Assembly (NCBI GenBank): GCA_043742365.1
Contig: JAYTYM010000016.1
Coordinates: 1-36,353 of the forward strand
Origin: a bacterium
Lineage (GTDB): Bacteria > Patescibacteriota > Minisyncoccia > Phycocordibacterales > UBA6899
Direction of reading: 5' to 3'
DNA: 36,353 bases
The position numbers and the translations under genes are program-made. Positions 15,346 through 24,531 of this stretch are shown in pieces. Position 1 is the first letter of the stretch; each line of letters opens with the position of its first letter. The notes under the pieces were generated by a model. It worked only from the letters and a program-made list of their open reading frames with translations. It did not search any database and was not told where the DNA came from.

Positions 15346-16680
15346 ATGACTTCAATATTTAAATCATACGATGTACGCGGACTTTACCCCGAAGAGATAA
15401 ACAAGGAATTCGTCGAACGAATAGGACGGGCCTACGTAGCTTATGTAAAGCCAAAGCGAGTTGCCATCGCAAGCGACAAACGCGTTTCCTCACCTGCACT
15501 TTTTAAGGCATTAGCAAAAGGCCTGACCGAGTCAGGGGTGGATGTCATCGATCTGGGGCTACTCTCAACTCCAATGCTTTATTTTGCGTCAGCGACGCTT
15601 GAGGTTGATGGTGCGATCATGGTTACTGCATCGCATAATCCTGGTGAATATAACGGTCTTAAGTTTTGCAGACAAAACGCAGTTCCGATCGGACTTGCAA
15701 GTGGCCTCGCAGAGATCAGGGACATTGCCGAGGCGCGAATGTTTTCGAAGGCAGAGCAAGTGGGCACCATAGAAACTCATGACATCAAGCCTGCGTATAT
15801 AAAGCACATCACCTCATATGCAGAGCTCTCTGGTAAGCGATTTCATATTGCTACTGACACTGCACATGCAATGGGCGTGCTTGAGTTACCGGTACTCAGA
15901 AGCTTACCAGGAGTAGCACTGTGCGGCACGCTTTATGATACGCTTCAACTCCCAGGAGTTGCTCCTCATGAAGCGAACCCACTCAAGACTGAAACGCTCA
16001 TCGAACTTCAACACGTAGTTCGCAAAACAAAAGCAGACATGGGCATAGCTTATGATGGTGACGCTGACCGCGTTGGTTTCGTCGATGAAAAAGGGCGTGT
16101 TGTCCCGATGGATATCACAACGGCACTCATAGCTCAAGCACTGCTTCCGCATCACCCAAAGAGCACAATACTTTACGATCTGCGCTCGTCGCGCTCAGTA
16201 AGAGAGGCAATTGAGAAATTTGGTGGCATTGCGCATGAAAGTAAGGTGGGTCACGCAAACATCAAAAAGCAGATGCTCGATGAAGGTGCGCTTTTTGCTG
16301 GAGAGGCATCTGGGCATTATTACTTTGCGCTCTCAGGATATACCGCAGAGATGGGCACCCTTCCTGCCATTCTCTTAATGAACTTAATGGCCAAAACCGG
16401 GAAGACCTTATCTCAACTTGTCGACGAAGTGAGATTCTATGCACACTCAGGTGAGATAAATATGGAGGTGGCGGATGCAAAGAACATCATGGATAAAATT
16501 AAAACTATTTACGCAGACGGCAAGCTATCAGAGCTCGACGGGATAAAGATAGAATTTACAAACTGGTGGTTCTCGCTTCGCTCATCAAATACAGAACCCT
16601 TACTTCGTCTCAATCTTGAGGCAGATACTAAGGAGCTGATGGATGAAAAACTCAAAGAAGTTTTAGATCTCATCCCTTAA
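15346..16680 (+). CDS. Phosphomannomutase/phosphoglucomutase
   Basis: Active-site TASHNPGEYNG and the metal loop DGDADR. Start set at MTSIFKSYDVRG (15346), with TATAAT at 15332. Confidence 0.93.
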   Translation: MTSIFKSYDVRGLYPEEINKEFVERIGRAYVAYVKPKRVAIASDKRVSSPALFKALAKGLTESGVDVIDLGLLSTPMLYFASATLEVDGAIMVTASHNPGEYNGLKFCRQNAVPIGLASGLAEIRDIAEARMFSKAEQVGTIETHDIKPAYIKHITSYAELSGKRFHIATDTAHAMGVLELPVLRSLPGVALCGTLYDTLQLPGVAPHEANPLKTETLIELQHVVRKTKADMGIAYDGDADRVGFVDEKGRVVPMDITTALIAQALLPHHPKSTILYDLRSSRSVREAIEKFGGIAHESKVGHANIKKQMLDEGALFAGEASGHYYFALSGYTAEMGTLPAILLMNLMAKTGKTLSQLVDEVRFYAHSGEINMEVADAKNIMDKIKTIYADGKLSELDGIKIEFTNWWFSLRSSNTEPLLRLNLEADTKELMDEKLKEVLDLIP

Positions 16681-16690
16681 AACCTCAATA

Positions 16691-17359
16691 TTATATTTCG
16701 CCCAAATGCCCAAGCGGACAGAGGGCGTAATTGTGCTTGCGCGCTCGGCAATATTTTCGTCCATATTCTATGAGTAAATATGTGATGTGAAACCATTCGC
16801 TCTTAGGAAATATCTCCATAAGGTCATTTTCTATCTTATCTGGGTGTATTTCGTCCGAAAGTTTGAGGACATGTGACAAACGTTTCACATGAGTATCCAC
16901 AGCAATACCAAAAGATGTTCCGTATGCGTTTCCCAGCACTACGTTGGCTGTTTTCCGTGCCACGCCTGGAATGGTGAGGATTTGTTCCATAGTTTCAGGG
17001 ATCGTGCCGTGAAACTTTTCTTCCACCATCTTTGCTGCAGACAGAATATTTTTTGTTTTATTCTTGTAAAATCCACTTTGATATATCATCCTTTCAAAAT
17101 CTCTGACGCCTTTAGGTGTTTTACCCGCAAGAACATAGTCATGAAGTGTGGGATATGTTCCGAATAACGCAGGGGTTATCTCGTTTACCTTTTTGTCGGT
17201 ACATTGTGCGGAAAGCTCTACTGCGACAAGCAGCTCCCAATTATTAGTGTAGGTGAGCATCATCCCCGCTTTTGGAAAAAGCTTACGTAAACTCCGAAGT
17301 GCAATTCGCGCCCGCTTTATACGTGCGATCTTCTCTTTGGATGTTTCACGCTGTTTCAT
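16691..17359 (-). CDS. nth: Endonuclease III family DNA glycosylase (HhH-GPD) with an incomplete Fe-S Cys motif
   Basis: IPGVARKTANVVL (catalytic Lys) and IAVDTHV (Asp). The C-terminus has only C-x9-C instead of C-x6-C-x2-C-x5-C. Confidence 0.88.
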   Translation of the reverse strand: MKQRETSKEKIARIKRARIALRSLRKLFPKAGMMLTYTNNWELLVAVELSAQCTDKKVNEITPALFGTYPTLHDYVLAGKTPKGVRDFERMIYQSGFYKNKTKNILSAAKMVEEKFHGTIPETMEQILTIPGVARKTANVVLGNAYGTSFGIAVDTHVKRLSHVLKLSDEIHPDKIENDLMEIFPKSEWFHITYLLIEYGRKYCRARKHNYALCPLGHLGEI

Positions 17360-17385
17360 GATAAAAGAAGTTCCACGATACTTTT

Positions 17386-17901
17386 CTACTCAACATCAGT
17401 CGCTCCATCAGACAAATCTAGTGTGATGTTTTTTGTTCCCAACTGAGCAGCGGACCACGATAATGTATGCATATTAATAGTGTACTTTTGATATATATCA
17501 TCAGTTCCTGTTGCAGAGAATGAAAGCGTTGCCTGGTCAGTCCATTTAAATACATTTTTATTAAACGGCACCTCAAAAGGTCCTCGAACGGTGTAAAAGA
17601 CATGGGGCTTAGACTGCTCCAAATAGAGCACTGGTATTTTCTGAGCATCATGAGAGGCGAACACCCTTAGATTGCGAACGTGATTTGGCACCTTCATGTT
17701 ATTCGAAACATTATTTACCTGAGGACTTATGTCTACATGCACACCTCCGTCGACAGAGCTGCCTTGTTTCACGGCGAACATATCTCGATAATTTTGAAGT
17801 GTTGCAATGGAAGACGCTTCTGCACGTGCATGATGTTGAGTGATGAGTAGTGTCGTCACAAAAATAAAAAATCCCACGTACGTAAGAAAGTATCGTTTCA
17901 T
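17386..17901 (-). CDS. Secreted hypothetical protein
   Basis: Signal-peptide-like N-terminus MKRYFLTYVGFFIFVTTLLITQHHARA. No known domain. Confidence 0.65.
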   Translation of the reverse strand: MKRYFLTYVGFFIFVTTLLITQHHARAEASSIATLQNYRDMFAVKQGSSVDGGVHVDISPQVNNVSNNMKVPNHVRNLRVFASHDAQKIPVLYLEQSKPHVFYTVRGPFEVPFNKNVFKWTDQATLSFSATGTDDIYQKYTINMHTLSWSAAQLGTKNITLDLSDGATDVE

Positions 17902-17940
17902 ATTTCAAGTGTAGCGAAGCGTCACAAAAGCACAAGCACA

Positions 17941-18435
17941 CTACACCTTAGTTGTGATCTCAACGATTCCCGTTGAACAATCAAAGCGGACATTTCTTCC
18001 AACGGTTCCTCCGACAACCTCTGTTTCGATAGTAATGCCGTACTTTTTTAATTCTTCGCGAGCAGAGATAGTGTTCTCCCAACCTATGCCGTGCTGATCG
18101 CCCTCAAGCAGTGCGAACATATGTGCACCACCGACGAGTTTTGCGACAGTATGCTCAATAGTCCCACCCAATGATTCGATCTCAGCCACAAGCATGTCGA
18201 CTGCTTGATCGGCGTACTTCACAAACATTCTTCCAATCGCATCTCTGTCTTGAAATTGCAGAGAGGTATCATTTTCTTTTTTATGGGGGAGTATCGCATG
18301 AGCCATACCGCCCACTCGTGCGAGACGATCATAAAGCACTACGACAATGCACGAACCTACACCATTAGTGACGATGACGTTTTGCTGATCTCCGGCGTAA
18401 AGCTCTGCGATATGTATCTCGATCGTTGTACTCAT
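17941..18435 (-). CDS. cheD: Chemoreceptor glutamine deamidase CheD
   Basis: 164 aa. GVGSCIVVVLYD (catalytic Cys) and GGMAHAILP. Confidence 0.9.
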   Translation of the reverse strand: MSTTIEIHIAELYAGDQQNVIVTNGVGSCIVVVLYDRLARVGGMAHAILPHKKENDTSLQFQDRDAIGRMFVKYADQAVDMLVAEIESLGGTIEHTVAKLVGGAHMFALLEGDQHGIGWENTISAREELKKYGITIETEVVGGTVGRNVRFDCSTGIVEITTKV

Positions 18436-19082
18436 GCTCCGATCATTTTGTGGGTAAGCTCAAGAACCTGCTTTGCACTTTCTGGTCCAAGAAATAAGAA
18501 CATCTGCCCAGCTGCTTCTTCGCCATCATCGCAGGTAATAGCGTCTGATGATGCATTTACGCAAATGGAGACATCGAGCGTCAAAAATTCATCATGACTC
18601 TTGATCATGGAGGCAAAAATAGAGTTGAACATTGCCCCGCCCATATCGATAACGACGTCAGGTACTGACTGCAAAAGTTGTACTTTTAAAAATTGTGAGA
18701 GCCCCTTGAGCATTCCTCCTGTGAGCACATTTCCCACCTCTTGAAAAACTGAACGATCAAAGTCATCGAGCGCACGAAGGTCACCGACGGTTTTACCAGA
18801 AAGTGAATGGAGGAGATGGACTGCGGCAGCGTGCGGGAAAAACAACAACACATACCCCTCAAGTCCTCCCGAGAGGCGCAAGAGCACTGCAAGCGTGATG
18901 TCGTTGGGATTCTCTAAAAAGTGTGACGCTTTTTGCGCACTCTTTAAGTGCATTGTCGGAACGCTAATGCTTATGCGTCTGCCAACCATCTCAGAAAGCG
19001 TATTACCAGCATGCGATACACCAATATTTAAAAGTTCCTTAAGTTGATCTGTGTCTTCTGGTGAAAATTGTAATTGGGGCAT
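18432..19082 (-). CDS. cheC: CheC-family CheY-P phosphatase
   Basis: CheC/CheX/FliY-type repeats (LKELLNIGVSHAGNTLSEM, VFQEVGNVLTGGML). 4-nt ATGA overlap with cheD. Confidence 0.85.
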   Translation of the reverse strand: MPQLQFSPEDTDQLKELLNIGVSHAGNTLSEMVGRRISISVPTMHLKSAQKASHFLENPNDITLAVLLRLSGGLEGYVLLFFPHAAAVHLLHSLSGKTVGDLRALDDFDRSVFQEVGNVLTGGMLKGLSQFLKVQLLQSVPDVVIDMGGAMFNSIFASMIKSHDEFLTLDVSICVNASSDAITCDDGEEAAGQMFLFLGPESAKQVLELTHKMIGA

Positions 19083-19090
19083 ATTGTAGA

Positions 19091-20812
19091 TTATAAAGTG
19101 GGGTTTGTTGTACTCACTTGTACCTCTGTGTTTTCTAGTATATCGCCGAACGCTTGCAGAAGTAAACCATGAGTATCAAGCAGGAGAATGGTGCGCCCAT
19201 CAGGAAGGAGCGCTGATCCAGAAAAACCTTTTATCCCACGCAGCACGGGTGGCAAAGACTTCACCAGTAACTCTTGCTCACCAACGCACTCGTCGATCAC
19301 CAATATAACCTGCTCCCCTTCATCACTTACCAGCACTCCGAGGCACTCTTTATCAGATTGTCGTTCCTTGTGAAACATGCCTGCAAAAGATATTCCCAAA
19401 AGTACGTCGAGTCGCAAGAGTGATATAGCGTGCCCACCCTCAACGATAGCTTCTTGACTTGCACTCTTAGAGATCCTCTCGGGTGCGAATTTCATTGTTC
19501 GAATAACACCAACAAACGGTATTGCAAAGGTGAAGCCACTTGAGCGAACGATAAGCACTTTTACTGTTGCGAGGGAAACCGGCAGATCGATAAGAAACCT
19601 CGTGCCTCCCTTCTCGCTTGTAGGCGAGTGGAGTTCGATGCGCCCACCAACATCCTGAACGAATGCACGCACCGCCGAAAGGCCCACTCCTCGCCCAGAG
19701 ATATCTGTCACCGTCTCACTTGTAGACATATTCGGATGAAAGAGTAATTCCGCGATCTCTACTTTTCTTAATTTTTGCCCTTCTTCTTTTTCGATAACGC
19801 CTCTTTCGATGGCAACCTCACGCACGCGTTCATAATCAACACCCCCACCATTATCCTCGACGATAACGTGCACCCGCTCACTTGCCCTTTCTGCTCGCAG
19901 TAAAATCGTTCCTTCTTTTTGTATTCCATGATCGACTGCGTTGCGCAATAGGTGCGCCAGTGCACCGCCTAGGCCATCGAGTACTGTTCGATCGAGCTCA
20001 ACGTTTTCTCCCTCAACGCGAAATACCACCTGTTTACCTTCTCGCACGGAAAGGTCACGTATCATTCGAGGAAATTGAGAAAAGATCTGTTCAAGTGGCA
20101 CCAGTCGTATCAACAACAATTCTTCTTGAGTTTCTGAGAGTAAGCGCGCAAGCTCGCCAAAAAGAGTTCTGAACTCATTGAGAAAATAAATTTTCTGCTT
20201 GAGTATAGGGTCAGAAATCGACTTCGTAATCTCCGCTGCGGGCTCCAAGATTGTATCGAGTTTTAATCTCAACATCAGCATCTCTTCAAAAAGACCCATC
20301 AATGTATCGAGCTGTTCAACTTCAACGCGAATATTTGTCGGGGCAGCAAATGTATACTCATGAGGGATAACAGTTTTTGCTGGTGTCGGGGTCGCGATCT
20401 TTTCAACCTCGACATCTTTATTGATTGTACTTATTTTTAAAGCCTCGGTTAATGCGGCGATCTGCTCATCGACAGTAAGTTCTTCGTTCTTCGATTTTAT
20501 AGAAGCGAGCGCAAGCGTCATCTTGTCGATCGCCTCAAAAGAGAGACTTATCGCCTTTGCATCGAGCACTATAGCCTTTCGCTCTCCTGCATGGAACAAA
20601 TCTTCAAGTGTATGCGCGAGTTTTGCCATCTGGGCATAGCCCATAGTAGCCGCACCCCCTTTAATGGTGTGTGCACTTCTCATCAACGTTGCATACAAGA
20701 CTGAGTCACCTGGTGTTTGTTCGAGATCAAGAAGTGTCTTGGAGAGCACCGATAACTGCTCTTCAACTTCGAGACAAAATAGATCTTTGAATTTATTAAC
20801 AGTGTCAGTCAT
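19091..20812 (-). CDS. cheA: Chemotaxis histidine kinase CheA (short form; no obvious P2 domain)
   Basis: Hpt domain (RSAHTIKGGAATMG), HATPase domain (HLLRNAVDHG, GRGVGLSAV) and a C-terminal CheW-like domain. Confidence 0.93.
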   Translation of the reverse strand: MTDTVNKFKDLFCLEVEEQLSVLSKTLLDLEQTPGDSVLYATLMRSAHTIKGGAATMGYAQMAKLAHTLEDLFHAGERKAIVLDAKAISLSFEAIDKMTLALASIKSKNEELTVDEQIAALTEALKISTINKDVEVEKIATPTPAKTVIPHEYTFAAPTNIRVEVEQLDTLMGLFEEMLMLRLKLDTILEPAAEITKSISDPILKQKIYFLNEFRTLFGELARLLSETQEELLLIRLVPLEQIFSQFPRMIRDLSVREGKQVVFRVEGENVELDRTVLDGLGGALAHLLRNAVDHGIQKEGTILLRAERASERVHVIVEDNGGGVDYERVREVAIERGVIEKEEGQKLRKVEIAELLFHPNMSTSETVTDISGRGVGLSAVRAFVQDVGGRIELHSPTSEKGGTRFLIDLPVSLATVKVLIVRSSGFTFAIPFVGVIRTMKFAPERISKSASQEAIVEGGHAISLLRLDVLLGISFAGMFHKERQSDKECLGVLVSDEGEQVILVIDECVGEQELLVKSLPPVLRGIKGFSGSALLPDGRTILLLDTHGLLLQAFGDILENTEVQVSTTNPTL

Positions 20813-20825
20813 TTATGACATTGTA

Positions 20826-21914
20826 TCACGACAATGTATGACGCCCGCTTCGCAAAGAGAACAGTTTGTTTATGTAACTGGGCATATTTTCCACAGACAA
20901 CACTGCATCAATACCGCCTTCGTCCATGGCGTGAGTGGGCATTGATGACACTGTCGCAGTATGTGGGTCTTGCACGATGGTATGTCCTCCGTGTTTATTG
21001 ATTGCGTGCAACCCTTTTGTACCGTCTGAACCCATCCCCGAGAGTAATATGCCGCAGGAATGCTGTTCATAAAATCGAGCAATTGCTTCCATGGTCAGGT
21101 CTATCTCGTCTTCATGCTTCGCGAGCATTGTCGGAATAAGAAATAATTTATCGGCATCATTTTTGTCATTATGGAAATCAAGAGCGAAGCCACCAGGGAC
21201 AACAAGCGCAAGTCCGGGTGAAAGAACATCGTCGCTTTTTGCTTCGCGAACGTTGAAGCGAGTAACTCGATTCAAACGTTCTGCAAACAACTCAGTGAAG
21301 TATTTTGACATGTGTTGTGCAATGACTATCGAGATACCGAGTGAGGGATCGATCTGCGAAAGAAGGTGCTCTACAAGTGGTGGCCCACCCGTCGATGCGC
21401 CAATAACGATAACATGTCGCAATTGTTCATCTTTTAATTCAGCCTGCTTATCTGCGATTGCGTGCATCTTGTGCCCGGTTGCGATTCGTATTTTTCTTGC
21501 TGTTTCTCCTGCTTCTTTTATCTTTCGAACAACTTGAGCAGCAACTTTTTCAATATCAAGAGAGACTTCACCTGACGGTTTCGCTATAACTTGTGCTCCC
21601 GAAGCTTCAAGGGTGCGACGCATCTCTTGACCCTCTTCTCCCAAAAAAGCTGACAGCATGATTATCGACGGAAGTGGTCGCTCGCCAAGCATGATCGCAG
21701 CTGCTGCCTCGATCCCGTTCTTGCCGGGCATATTATAGTCCATCGTGATGACATCTGGTTTTAGCTTCGCAGCTAATAATACAACCTCGTCACCATTGCT
21801 TGCAGTTCCAATAATTTCGATTTCTGGTTCAGTCGCTAAAAGCTCAGCGAGATATCGCCGTATAAAAAAAGAATCATCCGCTATCAGTACACGAATGCGA
21901 TCTTGGGAATTCAT
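20826..21914 (-). CDS. cheB: Chemotaxis response regulator protein-glutamate methylesterase CheB
   Basis: REC domain (VLIADDS, DVITMDYNMP) plus methylesterase domain (GASTGGP, GMGSDG). Confidence 0.93.
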   Translation of the reverse strand: MNSQDRIRVLIADDSFFIRRYLAELLATEPEIEIIGTASNGDEVVLLAAKLKPDVITMDYNMPGKNGIEAAAAIMLGERPLPSIIMLSAFLGEEGQEMRRTLEASGAQVIAKPSGEVSLDIEKVAAQVVRKIKEAGETARKIRIATGHKMHAIADKQAELKDEQLRHVIVIGASTGGPPLVEHLLSQIDPSLGISIVIAQHMSKYFTELFAERLNRVTRFNVREAKSDDVLSPGLALVVPGGFALDFHNDKNDADKLFLIPTMLAKHEDEIDLTMEAIARFYEQHSCGILLSGMGSDGTKGLHAINKHGGHTIVQDPHTATVSSMPTHAMDEGGIDAVLSVENMPSYINKLFSLRSGRHTLS

Positions 21915-21946
21915 AATAAAATAAAACGCTCGAGCTTGAGCGTTTC

Positions 21947-22303
21947 TTATTTTCCGATATAGCGAACTGCCTTTTCAAGCACCTGATCGCGATCAAAAGG
22001 TTTGACGATATAATCAAGTGCTCCAAGTGTCTTTGCTTCTTCGATCATATCTTTCTGTCCGACTGCAGAGACAATGATGATCTTGGCTTCTTTGCCAATC
22101 TCACGCAATACATCCATTCCGTTCATCTCAGGCATGATCACATCGAGAAAAATAAATTCAGGGTGTTCGCTTTTCCATTTATCGATTGCATCTCGACCGT
22201 TGCTTGCTTCTATAAAATTTGTATAACCCGCACTTTCAAAAATATCGCGCAATACTTTACGCATAAATGCTGAGTCGTCTACGATGAGAATCTTTTTATC
22301 CAT
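21947..22303 (-). CDS. cheY: Chemotaxis response regulator CheY
   Basis: 118-aa single REC domain (ILIVDDS, FIFLDVIMP, KPF). Confidence 0.93.
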   Translation of the reverse strand: MDKKILIVDDSAFMRKVLRDIFESAGYTNFIEASNGRDAIDKWKSEHPEFIFLDVIMPEMNGMDVLREIGKEAKIIIVSAVGQKDMIEEAKTLGALDYIVKPFDRDQVLEKAVRYIGK

Positions 22304-22370
22304 AACTATAAAATGTTATTTATATTGTAGCACATATCCCCCCTACTATGGAAAGTGCCTAAAGCGTAGA

Positions 22371-23018
22371 TCACGTTTGCGCAGTTTCTTGCTGGATTGA
22401 GGCCAGTAAGTCCGTTTGGTTGAGTAATTCTTCGACGTTTAGCCATACTACTGGTTTTGAAATTATTTCAGGTTTTACGGTATTTTCTTTAGCAGAAGCA
22501 GGTTCGAACATAATTTCCTGATTTTTACTTTTTTTGCTTTGTGGCTCCTTTTCGACATACATGAACATTCCTTTAGTGTAGCGCGGGGGCATATGTGCGG
22601 CTATCAATGGGTCTATTTCAGTTACCTCTGTGCGGGGGACGCGAACTATAGTGCGAATTTTATCGATAAGTATGGCGAAGTAATCTTTATCGTGATGAGC
22701 AACAAAAAGATAGTATGGGGAAAGTGGGATGTTTCGAACTAAATTCATTCGTTTCAATAGATCGATTGCAACTATCACCCGCCCGCGCAGATGAAATATA
22801 CCGAGGATGAAGTTGGGAGAATTCGGAACGGCAGTAATTGGAGGTATTTTAATGACCTGATCAACATCTCCTACGCTTACCGCGTACAATGTACCATCTA
22901 ATTCAAAGATAAAAAATTCATAAGTTGGAATATTTTCAGTTTCCGAAAAAAACAAAGCACTTGATTGAGTGGCTGAGCTTGCTTGCTCCACTGTTTTATC
23001 ACTTGTTTCACTATTCAT
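22371..23018 (-). CDS. cheW: CheW-like coupling protein with N- and C-terminal extensions
   Basis: CheW domain core (FELDGTLYAV, GIFHLRGRVIVAIDL). Start set at MNSETSDK (23018) to remove overlap with the upstream gene. Confidence 0.85.
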   Translation of the reverse strand: MNSETSDKTVEQASSATQSSALFFSETENIPTYEFFIFELDGTLYAVSVGDVDQVIKIPPITAVPNSPNFILGIFHLRGRVIVAIDLLKRMNLVRNIPLSPYYLFVAHHDKDYFAILIDKIRTIVRVPRTEVTEIDPLIAAHMPPRYTKGMFMYVEKEPQSKKSKNQEIMFEPASAKENTVKPEIISKPVVWLNVEELLNQTDLLASIQQETAQT

Positions 23019-23061
23019 ATCATCATTGTAACGCGCAATGACAAGAAATGGAAAATCTGAA

Positions 23062-24099
23062 TTATTGGGGCGCGGCAAAAATACCACTCATGCCATTTAA
23101 TGCGGCCAAACAAGAACGCTTATTAAAAAACGATAATGTTTCACAAAACGCCATCGCCTCATCCGTTCTGCCATAATTATTTGCCATAAGCGTTGCAGCT
23201 CCAGCAATACATGCACCCCGTGAGCCAAATTGTGCTTTGTCACACTCACCTTCGATAATGCTTGTGTTATAGAGCTGTTCTTTCATCATTTGACTTCCTA
23301 CACCGGAAATACAGGCGTCTCTATTTCCATTTTTGGCTGCCAAACACCACGATAGCGCTTTATCATATTGATTTGGAAAAAGTGATAGGTAATAAACGGG
23401 GGCATATACGTAACACACTTGTTGAAACTCGCTAGGTTGTGTTTCACATGGAACAAAGGGGTCACGGGGGTCAAGGTAATGTGACACATGGATCTTTTGA
23501 TCAGTATTGAAATTTTCCATGAACACGCCATTTGCACAATTATCTTGCATAAAATGTGTTTGAAATTCTTTGCAATACAATAAGGACCTCGGCAGATCAT
23601 TGTCCATTACGAGCATAAGTCCGTGTCCGATACCGTGATAGCATTCCCAAGATAGATATGTTTCTCCCGTGTAACTATTACAGAGGTTTTTTATATTTTG
23701 CAGTGGGTCGGGACTTTTTGCTAAGGCTTCCTCAATAACACCGTGCAGAAACCCTGAATTACATTCTTCGTTTCGATAACTCATAGCTTTGGCAAAATCC
23801 CCGTAGCGCAAATATGTGGCACGTCCGATTGCATGCACCAAGCTGTGGCACGAACGCTGTAGTGATGGGTTAGAACTACTCGTTTTTTGTAAGTATTCCA
23901 AAGCCACACGAGGATTTTGCTCATTGACCATCACAATAAGTTCGTCGTGAAACGTTCTATATTGAGAAATCGTGAGTGGGGTGCTTACGAGAGGATTCTT
24001 TTTTTGTTCATGTCCATTGCTAAGGCTGACCGCAAAACACGACGCCACAACAAGAAGGGTGGCAATCAGTATATACGCTCTTTTTGTTATTAGATTCAC
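23062..24099 (-). CDS. Membrane-anchored Cys/His/Gly-rich repeat protein, hypothetical; first gene of the che operon
   Basis: N-terminal TM segment. Recurrent C-x-x-G-x-G/H motifs follow: CHSLVHAIG, CNSGFLHG, CYHGIGHG, CANGVFME, CISGVGSQ, CIAGAATL, CLAALNG. About 16 Cys in total. Confidence 0.7.
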   Translation of the reverse strand: MNLITKRAYILIATLLVVASCFAVSLSNGHEQKKNPLVSTPLTISQYRTFHDELIVMVNEQNPRVALEYLQKTSSSNPSLQRSCHSLVHAIGRATYLRYGDFAKAMSYRNEECNSGFLHGVIEEALAKSPDPLQNIKNLCNSYTGETYLSWECYHGIGHGLMLVMDNDLPRSLLYCKEFQTHFMQDNCANGVFMENFNTDQKIHVSHYLDPRDPFVPCETQPSEFQQVCYVYAPVYYLSLFPNQYDKALSWCLAAKNGNRDACISGVGSQMMKEQLYNTSIIEGECDKAQFGSRGACIAGAATLMANNYGRTDEAMAFCETLSFFNKRSCLAALNGMSGIFAAPQ

Positions 24100-24218
24100 G
24101 TTCTAAAGTATACAGCTGACGTCTTAAGCGCCAAAATTAATATAAAAAATGTCTTAAGCTGATTTACTGCTCAACTTTAGTAATTCAACTTAATCTCTGT
24201 GCCTTACTCAATACAATG

Positions 24219-24244
24219 AAAAATACTCCTAAGAGAGTATTTTT
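24219..24244. terminator. Terminator hairpin abutting the CCA end of element B
   Basis: AAAAAUACUC-loop-GAGUAUUUUU, 10 bp. Confidence 0.65.
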
Positions 24245-24245
24245 A

Positions 24246-24487
24246 TGGTCGGCGTGCAGGGAATCGAAGCTTACTGCTTCAGTATACCTTTGCGATTTAA
24301 TCGAAGCATAACTCCTCATAAATACCGCAAAGCTCTTCGATTCCCTGGCGTGAGCAAAGCAGCGACCAAAATCTCTTGAGCGTAGCGATTAGAGATTGGA
24401 AGTGACCAATTCTTCTTTTGCGCTCATCCGCTTAGAAGAATGGAAATACTCTCGTGGTGACTCTTGTGGTGTTTACTCACTCATCCC
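24246..24487 (-). ncRNA. tRNA-Pro-like CCA-ended structured element B (long form of element A)
   Basis: Ends CUUCGAUU-CCCUG-CACGCCG-A-CCA (C1:G72-type, Pro-like). A 13-bp perfect inverted repeat cagggaatcgaag (24257-24269) / cttcgattccctg (24335-24347) masks the T-loop. The 46-nt core at 24358-24403 is shared with element A. The helix 24350-24358 / 24472-24480 covaries with A. Confidence 0.55.
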
Positions 24488-24490
24488 CCC

Positions 24491-24531
24491 CCAAAAATAA
24501 AAAGTCCCCCAAAGGGAGACTTTTTATTTGG
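24491..24531. terminator. Hairpin overlapping the CCA end of tRNA-Pro
   Basis: ccaaaaataaaaagtccccc-aaa-gggagactttttatttgg. Confidence 0.6.

Noticed and set aside
24246-24487. tmRNA or RNase P RNA in the long tRNA-like units
   Set aside because: There is no GGGG..UUCGAC tmRNA 5' end paired to the CCA end, and no tag ORF. No GAGGAAAGUCC or other RNase P core motif is present.
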